This document shows positions 38,790 through 52,204 of a stretch of 64,000 bases of DNA, piece after piece. Source of the DNA: Sphagnum compactum. Its lineage: Eukaryota. A program made the translations under genes and the position numbers. The notes beneath the pieces are model-generated. The model worked only from the letters and a program-made list of their open reading frames with translations, was not told where the DNA came from and did not search any database. The stretch's first letter is position 1. Every line of letters starts with the position of its first letter. The stretch spans positions 21,008,213 to 21,072,212 of the forward strand of contig OZ234493.1 in assembly GCA_965153455.1 (NCBI GenBank). Reading direction: 5' to 3'.

Positions 38790-39162
38790 GTAAGACATGA
38801 GTTTTAGAGGTAGCTGAGTCTTGGCCCCCGCATTTGGGGAATCTCCCCCTTACCACCAATGGGCTTTACCCATTGTGAAGCACAAGGTGAACATTACTAC
38901 TCCCCCTCCCCACAAACATTAAAACATTTTTGCTCTACATACTAAGAAGGTGTACAAGGAATAGGGTTTCATACATCTACCTCTTAAGATTGAGAGGGAT
39001 CTTACACCTCTTCTAACTAAGGCACAATTTGTTTCCCATTTTGAATGGGGTAGACATAAGATCCCTCCTCTTTTCTAAGAGAAATATATATATTCATGGA
39101 TAGAAAGGCGATGATGCCCTTATTCCAAACCTATTTAGGAAATTTCTCCAAGTGCTTTTTAC
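38790..39162 (+). mobile_element. Solo-LTR-like dispersed repeat, copy 2
   Basis: Colinear similarity to 14636-15108, ending ccaagtgctttttaca. The start is approximate. Confidence 0.5.
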
Positions 39163-39374
39163 AGGTCCCCCAAGCTGGCATGTACCTGGAAGACAATCAT
39201 CTCCTCTCTATAAAGGGTAACTCTTCAGTTGAGAATATTTTTGGGGATCTGTGATCTCTCAAGAAATTCCTTTTCCAAAGATAGTTTCTGAAAACATATA
39301 ATGTCTATGATGGCTGTGTCTCATCTGAAGCCACTTTCTTTTTAAATGGAGGTATTTTAGTTGGATGGAGTGGA

Positions 39375-39990
39375 TGTTGTGTGAAATGTCCCATCCAGTT
39401 CATTCCAATCCGCTGGATGTGTATCCAAATTTTCCATCCATCCCATTCATTCACTGGATGTGAATCAAATCTCCCATCCATTTAATGCATTCACTCACTG
39501 GATGCAAATCAAATGTCACATCCATTTTGTCCGTTCACTGGATGCAAAATCAAATGTCACATCCATTTTGTCCATTCACTGGATGTGAATCAAATGTCCC
39601 ATCCATTTAATGCATTCACTCACTGGATGCAAATCAAATGTCACATCCATTTTGTCCGCTCACTGGATGTGAATCAAATGTCCCATCCAGTTAACCCATT
39701 CACTTGATGTGTATCAAATGTCCCATCCATTTAATGCATTCACTAACTGGATGCAAATCAAATGTCACATCCATTTTGTCCGTTCACTGGATGTGATTCA
39801 AATGTCCCATCCCGTTAACCCATTCACTTGATGTGTATCAAATGTCCCATCCATTTAATGCATTCACTAACTGGATGCAAATCAAATGTCACATCCATTT
39901 TGTCTGTTCACTGGATGTGAACCAAATGTCCCATCCAGTTAACCCATTCACTTGATGTGTATCAAATGTGTCCCATTCAGTCCATCATCC
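39375..39990. repeat. Minisatellite of 40-44 bp hairpin monomers in a 124-bp higher-order repeat
   Basis: cact(g/t)gatg monomers start at 39452, 39496, 39536, 39577, 39621, 39661, 39701, 39745, 39785, 39825, 39869, 39909 and 39949, giving a repeating 44/40/40 spacing. Confidence 0.95.
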
Positions 39991-41991
39991 TTTCACTGCA
40001 TGTGTCTTGGGGCCCATTATGCTCATAGTTGGTGTTTCCACAACATTATTAGCAAAAAACATCACATGGCAAATGGTCACTTACAAAGCCACCAAACCAA
40101 AAGTAGGCTAACTCTGTGGAAAATGCCTTCAGTTTTGCCAATCTTGGGTGGGGGAACTTGCTTGGCCTTCTTACTTACTGGTGGTGGGCATCCATTCTGA
40201 GGCTTAAAATTCAGCACCTGCCAACAACATCCAAATGCTGTCATCACCTGTGCAGTCAATAACAAAGTGAAAATGGGTCCCCAAGAATCAGATCACAAAA
40301 TTTGGAGCACCTGTCAATCAAAGTAACACAATGACATTGAATTATACTTCACACCATAATTAAAAAACCTGTTTCTTAATAAGAACAACATCCTTTGCTC
40401 TTGAGTAGTTTCTCAACTGTCAAGAGATTTACAACCACCAACCTTCACACTCTTTTGCATCATCAGCTTTTATTCCAGATCTTGTTAAAGATGTGCATGT
40501 GGCAGTTAGGAATCAAAGAGGTTCAAGAGTTCCTTTGCGATAAAATTGTGGCATTACCTCATCATCTTTCCACATCATGAATGGCAAAAGCAAAACTAAT
40601 TTAATCACAGAGTTTTTATTCAGCAGTGCACCCAATTTCAGCTTTTCTGCATGTTCCAATTTGATAGTTAGAAATCATGCTATGAATTCCATATTGATCT
40701 GTCCTCCATTCTAGAGCTCGAGCTAGAGCTAGAGCTAGGCAGAACCCTAAACCCAATTAGAAATTTAGAAAGCATTCAGAAGCTCCTCCTCTATAATTCT
40801 GAAAAAGAAAAGAAGAATAAGTTCACATCACTCCATATAAGGGTTTATCTCAAAAGGGAACTGGAATTGTACAACAGAGAATGTTGCAACTTGCTGGTAA
40901 AGAAAATCCTTATATTTCTGACTCTAGGACTTGGTGAAAAATGTACTTGGAAATAATACCTAAACAACATGAATGTGGGCCACAGCAATACTTCTGTGCT
41001 CACCTAATTGGAGACATTGCATTGACACAAAAGTACACAATTGAGGAACCAACCAGATTAATCCCCTTCAAATTCATTCCCCAACCATTTTGATGGAAAC
41101 CTGCATCATGGGAAGTAAAATCTTGAACAACCAAAGAACTTTTTTCTCCTCTTTTGCAGGTGTATCATCTTAAGGAAAATGAATCTAATTTAAAACAATC
41201 CACTTCTAGTTTGCTGTTCTCTACCCTTGCTCCCTGTTGAGCCCTATAGACTTAAAAACCTCAAATGAGCCACTTGCTCTCCAATGAGGTACTTCTCTGC
41301 ACGAGGCCCCAGTCGGGCTTTTGCAGATGTAAAAGAAAAATTATACACCCACCTTCCCAGAATTCAATCTAAGATACAAGAGCTTGCTCACCAGCTCTGC
41401 AACAGATGGAGGCTAAAATTTAGGAGTTCACTGGGTGAGACAGGTCTCTCCCAAGAAACCCTGCATGCTATAAGACCTAAATCCTCTTCAAACATTGTAA
41501 GCCTTAGACAGGCATTCTAGACACTAGCTGTCAGATATTGTAGCTGTGCTACAAATCAGTGTTGATGGAAACTGCATGTGAAATGGCATACCAAAGCCAC
41601 TCTGATGAGACCCAGCTATCCTCAACATCTATGTCAGTTCCCACCTCAAAGTTTCCACTCATGTGTCAATTTCATCCACTAAATGTCTTACATGGAAAAA
41701 TGACTACCAGCACCCTACAACTCCAGTGACCTGCTTGAAAAGTCACACGTTTGGTCTAAGTGAAAAATGACATCCAAAACCATTCCCAAAAGAAAGTAAC
41801 AAAAAAAGTGTACATACACATAGCAAGGTAGAACAAAAAGCTTTACATGAGAAAATTGCTGGGATTAACCAATGGCAAATTTGCCCACCATATATACTAG
41901 TTTGCAGTTAGTCAGCTGATTGTGCTCAGGTACAGTCGCCTTTTTCCAGGAAATGCTTGGAAGCGGCAACATGCACTTTTTGCTGCTCCAT

Positions 41992-44900
41992 TTAGGCATC
42001 TTCTACCTGTGAGTGAAAAATGAAGCTGGGGAAGGATGTTGTAATGTCCCTGTTCAAAGACCATTCACAGGAATACACTAATCAGGTTATATAACCCTGA
42101 AGATGAAGGTTGCTTTGAAACAAACAAGAAGCCCATTTACAGCAAACTCTCAAGAAAGTTCCTACAACCTAAACTGTCATTTATTAACAAATTGTCCTGA
42201 ATTGCTATGGGAATTTATACCCTTCTCTTCAATTAGACTATAGTTTACCACTAAACTGCCTCACCAAACATTCAAGGAAAGGGCATGGCCAACTTCTGCA
42301 TCCTCAAACCTTGAGGAAGCAACTTGTATCCTAATGGCTGAGATCACAATGAAACTCACTTGACTTCACCAGATACTACATTTGTTGAGTTGATGAAACA
42401 GTGGTCCTGGGATCTTGTGGCGAGACATGCAATTCAGAGAAAGACTTCAACCTGACTATTAACTCAGTTAAAATGGCATAAATTGAGGGTTGCATAATTT
42501 ACTTACTTGAGGTAAGAGAGAGTCATATTTTTCAAAAGTGAAGGATGTTGCAAAACAAGGCATCGCCATTCTTCCTTGTCTATTTTTCCGTCATTTTTTG
42601 TGTCTGCCTCTTCAAATGTCTGCCAGACCAAATGAAGGTGCTCCCAGATTTTTACTGTGCATTTTCTTACAAAATTGGCAGGCTGTAGATCTTGGATGGC
42701 AATGCCTAACCTAACACATTTCCTGGTACTGTAACTGTAAGACTTTTCTATCAACAGATGTCTGCCTATTTAGGACCATGGGGCTTGAACTAGTCCCCCA
42801 AACCTACACTCTGGCAAATAATGATGGTAAAATCTCTGAGTCAGATCAACCATGCTCCTTGAACAGTTCGAACTAATCAAAAGACAGCAGGTGAGCATTG
42901 TGTCAATGAAGTTCAGACTTTGATCAAAGGTGACCCCAAGTTATTACCAGAGCAAGTTTTGCTCATTGAGATTTGTCAATGTAATTATCTGAAAGTAGTA
43001 TTGTCAGACTGAAGGACCTATTTCCTCTGGAAGCTCCCTGCATTTTCCTCTAGGTCAGATCTGTGGAGGATCAGGATATCTGTAATGTCCTGCTACAAGG
43101 ACTGCCTTCAGATTTGGGTAACATGCCACTCTAGTGTTTGAAAGTGCAGGACCCAAGACAACAGAGGTTGAGAAGCAGTGTAGATGGACAATTACCTTGT
43201 CAATGATTTCTTCAATTACATCATCTGAAAGGTTGAGGCCTGACTCTGCCAAAGTAGCAACCACCATTCTCTTCACCTGAAATTTCAAGCCCATGCCACT
43301 GATATTTGAGATTGAGATTAGACTCTAATTATACACCACCCACCATTGACTAACTCAAATCTAATATCCTATAGATCAGGACCCAATATTTCCAAAAGTT
43401 GAACCTAAGTAATGTGGCATGAACGTGGGGTACCTGTATCTATGATTTTAAGAGAGTTGAGTATGGATACTTGATTACTATCTATTATCATTGTCTAGTA
43501 TATCACCAAATCATGTAACATTGAACTTTTAGGCTACTGCCAACCAAACCCAGCATCTTTTGTGGAAGGACAGATCAGAAACCTCTTGTCGCTCTATGAA
43601 GCCTTGTTGCTGGAGATCATAAAGACGAAACGCAACTGCACAGTAAGCACAAAGTACTCTCAAGTTTAGATGTTAGGTTCTTATAGACAAGTCAACTTGC
43701 TAATATGGAGATTAACAACAGCTCACAGAGCATCAGACCATTGCCTTCATCATGGAGGGCAATGACTAGCCGCCATAACTCCCCACTGACATTATCAGCT
43801 CCTGACAGTGGTCATAGATAACTGTCTCATAATCTGCTCATTCTGGGTGATAACAAAATCTGCATCCTAAGTTGCTGTCATATTTTCAAAAGCAGCAGGG
43901 AGACTCAACCATAATGTTGGCTAGCACTCAAGGCATAGCTAATATAGAAAAAGTCTTTAGTGGAACTCCAGCTGCAACATGCTTGGCTTCATTTCAAATT
44001 GTCCCTCTGCAAGAAAGCATCAGCTTACAGCAAAAGGAACCACCATACACTGTAGTGGTTGGGACCTCCACCACCAACACTTTGAAGGTAATATGACAAT
44101 GAGTGCAGTCATAACCTTGTGAGAGTTGCTCACAAAGGGTCAGACCATCATCTTCATCACATGTAGCAGTGACAAGCTGCCATGACTACCCACAGCTCAT
44201 CACCTCCACAATTGGGCAGGGATCAGTATATAAGAATCTGCCCAAAATCAGGCAAACCACTATACAAAATCTGTGTCTGTTACATTCCCAGAAGCAATAG
44301 GAAGAACTCAGCCATGATGTTGGCTAGCACTCAGGAGACATAGCAAGCATCTTAGCCTAAAGAATAGAGAGACCTACATAAAGGATAGTGGTTGGGCCTC
44401 ATGCACCCTGAAAATATCCACACTGCTACTTCAACTGCTAAACCCTGAATACACCGCACTGCTAACTACTTGGATACAGTACATCCACTTTAGCTACTGG
44501 AAGACATATCTATCCACAGAAAAGTCCAGAACAACACTTTGAAGGTGACTGTTCTGTTAGATCTGTAAGTGCATCAAGAATAAATGCCACTCACAAAGAA
44601 TCAGACCATCACCTTCATCATGAATGGCTAGCTGTCATCCCTCCCACTAGCTTTCTTAATCGTCACAATGGAGATTTCTCAATTCTCATGAGAGATATAC
44701 TGCAAACTTATAACCATCCACTATTAAGATATTGTTAAAGTTTACAATAATCTAATTAAAACTTCAGGGAAAAAATATACAAACAACTGTGTCCTCAGTT
44801 CTATTGCAATTCCAGAAGAAATGGGAAGACTCACTCATGATGTTAGCCAGCATTCAAGAGGTGTAGCAGAACAAAAGGGTAACTGTTACGTGATTGTGAT

Positions 44901-46348
44901 ATTTTGTTTGAGGCTTGCCACCACTGAACTCATATGCATAATGATCAACTAACAAAGCAAACAGATGGTAGGTTTAGTGATGGGAAAATTACAGTCTATT
45001 TTCTCTTCAACGTTAGCATTGGGATGAAAAACTGAAAGTGCCCGGGCAAATTCTCCAAACTCCAAATACCCATTATGCTTCTCATCAAACAAGTTGAAGA
45101 CCTGTAATGGATGCGATATCCACAATGCCCACCTGCAGATAATTAAGGCCCAAGTGTGCAATGAAAAATGATGACAAGAACGTCCCAAACGTAGCAATCA
45201 AATATAGTCTTGACTTTCCACATGGTTTACTCCATAACATTGGCTACCAATTGCCTTGAAACATGTTCACACACATCATAGTAACACAGTACCCACACAC
45301 AATTCTGCATTTATGACATGAAAAATTTACACACCCCATCAACGTTCAGCCTGTGCCACTGAGTCCCATCAAGCAGGATGTGATCAATAAATTCTTGCCA
45401 ATATTTCAATGAATGAAATCCCAAGGAAACAGATGAGAATCCATGAATGCAATTGTCCAAAGGAATCCAGAAATCTGTGCCATCATGCAGATGCTAGAAT
45501 GCTAAGGTAATAAAGATTGCAACTTCTTGCACCCATGGATCCAGAGTAGAAGAATTACCCGGTCGGCAAAAAGACTCTCCTTTTTACTTGTTTTGAACAA
45601 GGCTGATTGAAACTCCTCCTGCCAAAGTTTGGGGTTGGCATGCTCAAGCAAATGAAAACTCTAGTTAAGAAGCAAAGCACATGCAAAGTAAAGCATGACT
45701 AAGGATATGCATCCAAACAAGTTGAGATGGTTAGCAGGAAAGCAGCAACTAATTTTTTCAACACATTGCACTCCTGTGATGATGAGTCCCTTAACTTGAA
45801 AAACCCTGCAAACCGATGAAGTCACTAGCTGTTCTGCTCCTACCAGAAGAAACTAAGAGGGAGCAAGAATGATACCTTATTCACAACACCATTATGAGTG
45901 GCAGTACTGCTTAACTTCTTGAAGAACTCATATAGAGCTTCCACCTCACTCACACTGACTGCCAGACAAATAAAGCCAAGTCATCATAGTTTTGTTCAAA
46001 GATATCACTGAACAGCATAAGTTGGAGGGATCCCTCGAGCAACTAAACAGTATGCTGATGACACCATGCCCCTGTTGTGTAGGAAACAAACAATTCTGAA
46101 GCACCAGTCCCAATCTGGGAAAACAGTAACTTCAGTGTCAAAGGAACACTACCATGAACAATATTTCAAGAAACAACCTTTGAGCATCAAAAACTTGGTG
46201 AGGAATTACATGCAGTGTCAATGGCAATGGCTTCAGGATCTTCAAGCCCATAGGGATGTCTCAAGTTGTGGAAGCCAAAGCAACCCATGAGAGAGGCAAG
46301 TGCATTTTTGTATGGACCCACTGTGAAATACTCCAGGCACTGCGCCAT
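41992..46348 (-). CDS. CBL: Calcineurin B-like calcium sensor, CBL2/3-type (231 aa, eight coding exons)
   Basis: Exons 46348-46210, 45958-45876, 45618-45559, 45101-44993, 43635-43583, 43276-43196, 42619-42507 and 42049-41992 total 696 nt in frame with GT-AG junctions. Motifs include [35 protein letters not shown] and the C-terminal FPSF. Confidence 0.96.
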
Positions 46349-47390
46349 CTCCTCAATTTCTCACTACTACCGCCCCTGCAGTGACCTCATTGAACTTAGT
46401 GAACAACAACAGTTCGACATCGTCTGTCCGATCTGTGCCAACATCACATCACAGTGGCTACAGTGACCTTCTTCAAGTCCCTCATGCTGCAAAAGCCAAC
46501 ATCAATCTCTTGCAACAGTCTTTTTACCTGAAACCAGGAATTAGGGTTTCTCAACAGAAATCATCACTACTTGGCCAAAAAGAAGCAGATTGATCTCACC
46601 TGATATACACTTCTACCTCAATTGTTTTGAAAGAAGAGAAAGCAACACCTCAAGCTGCTACCATCTGTTAAAGAAACAGGCACAACATTCTATTACTCAT
46701 TCATGCTGCAGCAGTTGATATCTTCCCCCGAATCCTGTATTAACCTCTTCCGATATGAAAAAGACGCTGCTAAAAACCTCTTTCATGAAGAGAAATCCAT
46801 ATCAAGCATGCTTATTTACTGACCTAACTCCTCATCTCTTCTTGTTTCAAAGCGATGTTTGACAAGGAAACACAAGAATCGTGAAAAAAAGAAGACAAGA
46901 AAAGATGAATGACTTGCCGGCTATACAAAGGCGTCGCCATAGTCGTGGCTGCAAAACAGAACAGTTTAGAGAAACCTGTCGCTTCCACAACCGCTCCAGC
47001 TTCGAGATTCTCTCCGACGGAAAAAAAACCCTAAAAACCCCTTGTTCTCCCCCCTGTTCTCCTGATCCGCCGAGATTTACTTCAGAAAGAGAGACGGCGG
47101 GATACGAGAGAAAGAAGCACGGCCGTCACCATGGACTAGAAAAGAACCGCCGGATGATGAAAACAAAACTCAAAAAGGGAAAGAGATCGAACAAGACGGC
47201 AACAATGGCAAAAGAGAACAGAGAGCAAAGCTCAACGGCAAAACAAGCGCACAACCAGAGCGCCACTAGTAACGGTAACGGTAACAGTAACAGAGAATTA
47301 ACTTAACTGCTGACTTGAGGAGGGAACAAACAGCACTGTAAGCAATCACACCTGGAGTTATCTCTCTGCTAAAACCATGCTAGGAATTAA

Positions 47391-47606
47391 GGTGCATTCA
47401 CACCTATTGTTAAGTCAGTGTTAAGTGAAAATCTAGGTGGCATCTTAGGTGGCAACCAATGTTAAATGGGTGATTGTTTAATATTTAAGTGAATGTTTAA
47501 CTTATCATACAATCTTTGTGGTAAATAGGTTTAGGTCCTAAATGATTAGCTTTTTGTGTTAGGGGGACTTAACATTTGAGTCCTTAATGTTAAGTGTGAA
47601 TGCACC
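47391..47606. mobile_element. Tourist/PIF-like MITE
   Basis: TIRs GGTGCATTCACAC ... GTGTGAATGCACC, with TTAA on the left flank and TTTA on the right (TTAA in the second duplicated copy). Confidence 0.8.
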
Positions 47607-48240
47607 TTTACAAACGCGAATTTAGACCTAAAGTGTTTAGTAACATAAATGCTGAAACGGTATCCAAGGTGTCATGCAGTGTTAACTCAATGGTAAGGAA
47701 AATGTTTTATACTATTAAATCTTGCAATTTAGGATGTAAAAACTAATGTTATCTATCTTGTCTAAAAGGTTTAGGTCCTAAATGATTAGCTTTGTGTTAG
47801 GGGACTTAACATTAGAGTCCTTAATGTTAAGTGTGAATGCACCTTAACAGAAGCGAATCTAGACCTAAAGTGTTTAGTAACATAAATGCTGAAATGGTAT
47901 CCAAGGTGTCATGTAGTGTTAACTCAATGGTATGGAAAATGTTTTATACTATTAAATCTTGCAATTTAGGATGTAAAAAAAATGTTATCTATCTTGCCTA
48001 AAAGGTTTAGGTCCTAAATGATTAGCTTTGTGTTAGGCGACTTAACATTATGAGTCCTTAATGTTATGTGTGAATGCACCTTTACAGAAGCAAATTTAGA
48101 CCTAAAGTGTTTAGTAACATAAATGCTGAAATGGTATCCAAGGTGTCATGTAGTGTTAACTCAATGGTAAGGAAAATGTTTTAATATTATTTATCTTGCA
48201 ACTTAGGAAGTAAAAATTAATGTTATTTATCTTGTCTAAA
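47527..48240. repeat. Tandem triplication of about 238 bp spanning the MITE right end and its flank
   Basis: aggtttaggtcctaaatgattagc starts at 47527, 47767 and 48003. Confidence 0.95.
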
Positions 48241-48869
48241 ATTGGGCCTATAATTCAATGTTAAGATGTTTTAATAGCCTTCCCCTCCGCGCCCCCCCTC
48301 CCCCCGAACCCTCACCATTGTTCTTTTTGTATGTCATTGCCCACAAGAACCATCATTGCAAAAATGCATCGCACTTGATCACCATCGCTGCAAGAATGTG
48401 AATCTTGTAAAAAGTTACAACACCCCCTTGCATCAAAAACAACATTCCAACATTCAGTTGAAACTTTACATTCATATAAATGCTTCATCACACACATAGC
48501 AAAAAGCAAGAACAACGATTTGCAAACTTCAAATAAAAAAAACAACAATGTTTCCAACACTAATGAATCACACAACAATTGCAACTTTCATTATGTCAAG
48601 GACAATCAAGAATCGTGAAGCATGGACATCTTTGGAACAAACTTCTCAAGTTGCAATGACCAAGGTAAACACAATAATATGTATAACCAATCTTCACATA
48701 AATCAAAACGTGTCAATTAAATTCAATCAAAAAACATTCATGTTTTCAATTTTTTGCATTTGTTCAATCCAATGTAGATTCACTACTTATCAACAATCCT
48801 AATGATAGAAGTTAAACAAAGATAATCAACAAAGATAAGCATAAAATCACAAATATTAGTTTCAATGGG

Positions 48870-49660
48870 TTAATTGCAATTCATTCAAGAAAATCAAGTT
48901 AGCCAAATTTGGGAACATGGGTAAGTATTGGCCTTGATCAAAGTGAACAGGGAGGAGCACCTTATAATTTCAAAAGAGGTGGACTCATGAAATCAATTTG
49001 AAACAACAATGACCAAGTGGAAAAAAAATTTACCATTGTGAATGCAAGTTTCTATTAGCACATGAGGAATGGCCCTACATGTAAAAACAAATGGGGGTCA
49101 ATTTTTAGAAAATTCAAAAAGATACTTGATTACAGATCAAGAACTAGGCACAATGAAAATTATTAAACAATGAACCCACAAAACAAGAATGTTCTCTGTT
49201 TGCCTCAATTTTTCAACTAATTGATCTATGAACTAATTTTATGATTCATGGGATAGCTAAAGGTTTGATTTCAATCCTCTTCACATCTAGGATCTTGTGC
49301 AAAATGCGAACAACATCAACAATCCAAATTTAATTAATGTTAAAAACTCAATTAATTTCAATGGTTTTGGGAATGAGAATGTTTGTTATCCATACCATGA
49401 ATATTTATCACAAACTGAAGAAAATTGGGCATTTGTGAACAATGTTTATAGTCTTCAAAGAACATTGTTTTTTTCTCATTTTCCATTGTTCACAAAATCC
49501 TAGAATAAAACCACAAATGTCAACCCAATGCACATTGCAATGAAGACCTCAATGATCCCAAAACAAACCATAATGCACACCTTGGTGTAAACACCCATGA
49601 ACAATACATTCAAGACATCAACATTATGAGAAAATCTTTTTTCATTTTCTTGGAGTGCAA
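48870..49660 (+). pseudogene. Decayed Myb/SANT (trihelix-like) DNA-binding ORF of a PIF/Harbinger element, 5' part
   Basis: Broken peptides VLALIKVNREEH, TKWKK and RNGPTCKNKWGSIFRKFKKILDY. It probably continues at 52204-52650 after an insertion. Confidence 0.65.
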
Positions 49661-52204
49661 AGGTGTTTTAGAACTAGCCTTACAACTTAGTTTTTGAGTT
49701 GCAATGATAATTTGCAACTCACTGTATTTCTACATTGTGAATGTTATCAAATAAGTTACAAAAGTTGCAACTCACCCTATATATGGAGCACTTCAATTGT
49801 AATTCAATTGCACTTTTGTCGAAACAACTCATTTTCAACTATTGTGCAATTCCACTACAACTATCGCGATAACATCATATTAACGTTATTAATTTACATC
49901 CATCCATTAAAATTTTACACATGGCAATATGAAGAATTTTGGATTTTTTTCTTTAAAGTATTGATGTCCATCATTTATTATGATTATTATTGATGGTCTG
50001 TGATTATGACATGTGGCACAATAATTTTTTTGTCAAATGGCATATTAATTGATTTTTTTAGAAATTCAAATACATATTTATTTTAATAATTAAATAGGTT
50101 AGTACATAACCATGGGGAGGTAAGTTAATACGTATTAATACCTACATACCTACACTACATATTTAGTTACCTACCTAACTACATAGGTAGGTAGAAAAAT
50201 TGGACCTACTTACTTATTAAGGTAAGCAAGTAGGTAGGAAAGTACAAGACTGTTATGTGAATTGAAAATAGTCATATAAATATTTTTAATTTTATTTTAT
50301 GTTTTGTTTTTAGGGTTAAGTTTTTTTGAGTTCATCCCCAAATGACACATGTATTTTAATGTGAGACCATAAAAGAATATGTTTTGTTTACATAGTTTAT
50401 AGCATGGGATTCATAAACAAATCATATGGGTTAAATATTTCAGTTGTTTTTTAGTTACAAATTGAGTTACAACTACAAAAAAAAATTCCCAAATGTTTTT
50501 TGTTTGTTTTTCATTATGTAAATCATACAATTAAATTAGTAATTTTATAGTATATGTGTGTGTGTGAATTGATTATTTAATATTTGAAATAGTGATTTAA
50601 ATTTATTTATTTATTTTAAATAATTTATTATCGAAATAATTTAATTTGTTTTATCTAAAATAATTCACAACATCGAAACATGTCTTTTATGACTAGTGTT
50701 ATTCAACAATAGTCATTTTTCTAATCGTTTTAAAGTCACTTATGTCATTTTCTAGTTGTTTTCTTCATTGTAGTCGAATAAGACAAATTGTAAAAAACAT
50801 GTTTTAACAATGTGAATTATCTAAAAACTAAATTTTTGAATTAAATATCTAATAATTAATTATGTGAATCGATTATTTGAATTAATTACCCAATGAGGTA
50901 GTTATCTAAATTAAATAGTCTAATTAAAATAATTAATTAGTTACTAAATTTAAATCATTAGTATCAATAATTAATTATTTTAATTAAATAAATATTTATT
51001 TATTTGACGTAATGATATAATTCATCTAATTTTTTGTTATTTATTTTAGATAATAATTTATTTGATTTTCAGATAATTTATTATCATATGATTAATTATT
51101 TCCATTCATATAATTAATCATTTATTATTTGAAATTTTCAAAAAAATTATTAATTATTTGAATTAATTAACAAACTAACTATTTGAACCAAATTTATTTA
51201 TAATTTATATTAATAATAATGTATGTATTTATGTATTTTCAAGTAATTTATTATTAAATTTTAAAAATTAAGTGTGAATTTGGGTAAAAAATGTCAAGGT
51301 ATAAATAGGCATATCCATATGTGCACCCGAATTGAATTTTTAATAATAATATACATTTTTTTTTAGTTTCACATTTAAATTAGTTATATTTATCCAAATA
51401 ATTATTTTGTTAGTAAATTTAGATAATTAATGATTTGGTAGTTATTGATTATATAATAATTATTTTAATTTATTGGTTTAATTTGTTAAATATCCCCAAC
51501 TCAAATTAATTTTTTTAATTTTTTTATGAGTAATTATTGTTCTTATACATCCATATTATTCAGTATAATTAGCATAATTAATTAATTTTAAAATAATTAT
51601 ATGAATTACACTTATTTATTCATATTAATATTTAATTATTTAATATAATTAATAACTTCATAATAATTAAATGTATTACACATAGTTATTATTTAATAGT
51701 CAAATTATTGAAATAATAATTTTTTATAGAATATTGCATATGAATTTGAATCCTTATTAAGTTATAAGTTGTTGCACAATTATCACAACATAATTGAACA
51801 TTAGTAGATTATTAGTGGTGCATTAATGGTCCTACTAATTGTATCAATGGGAATCATAGTTGAAAATTAATTGTAAACATATCCCATAATGGGTGGTGGA
51901 AATGCAAACATATGTCATGATCGCATGTATATCCATCAGACACTAGTTACAACATAGTTGTTACATTAGTGGGACATTTATAACAATTTAAAAATAATTG
52001 TCACGTGCAACTACATTGCAATTTTTCAAAAAATCAAACATGGTTGACTATAGCTATATGTACAATGTGTACAAATTGCCATATAGAAGACCCACTTTCA
52101 ACCCACTTGCACTTAAAATATAATTAAATGATTTTTTGACATGGATATTTATTTATTTATTCCTTATATTTTTAGGGGGTAGTTGCATGGTAGTTATAAT
52201 ACCC
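49661..52204. mobile_element. AT-rich ~2.5-kb non-autonomous TIR insertion nested in the Harbinger Myb ORF
   Basis: The left end ggtgttttagaactagccttacaact and the reverse complement of the right end (ggtattataactaccatgcaact) form imperfect TIRs. The interior is extremely AT-rich. Confidence 0.55.

Noticed and set aside
39375-39990. CRISPR-like array of palindromic repeats
   Set aside because: The linkers are short and recur periodically rather than being unique spacers. There are no cas genes and the context is eukaryotic.
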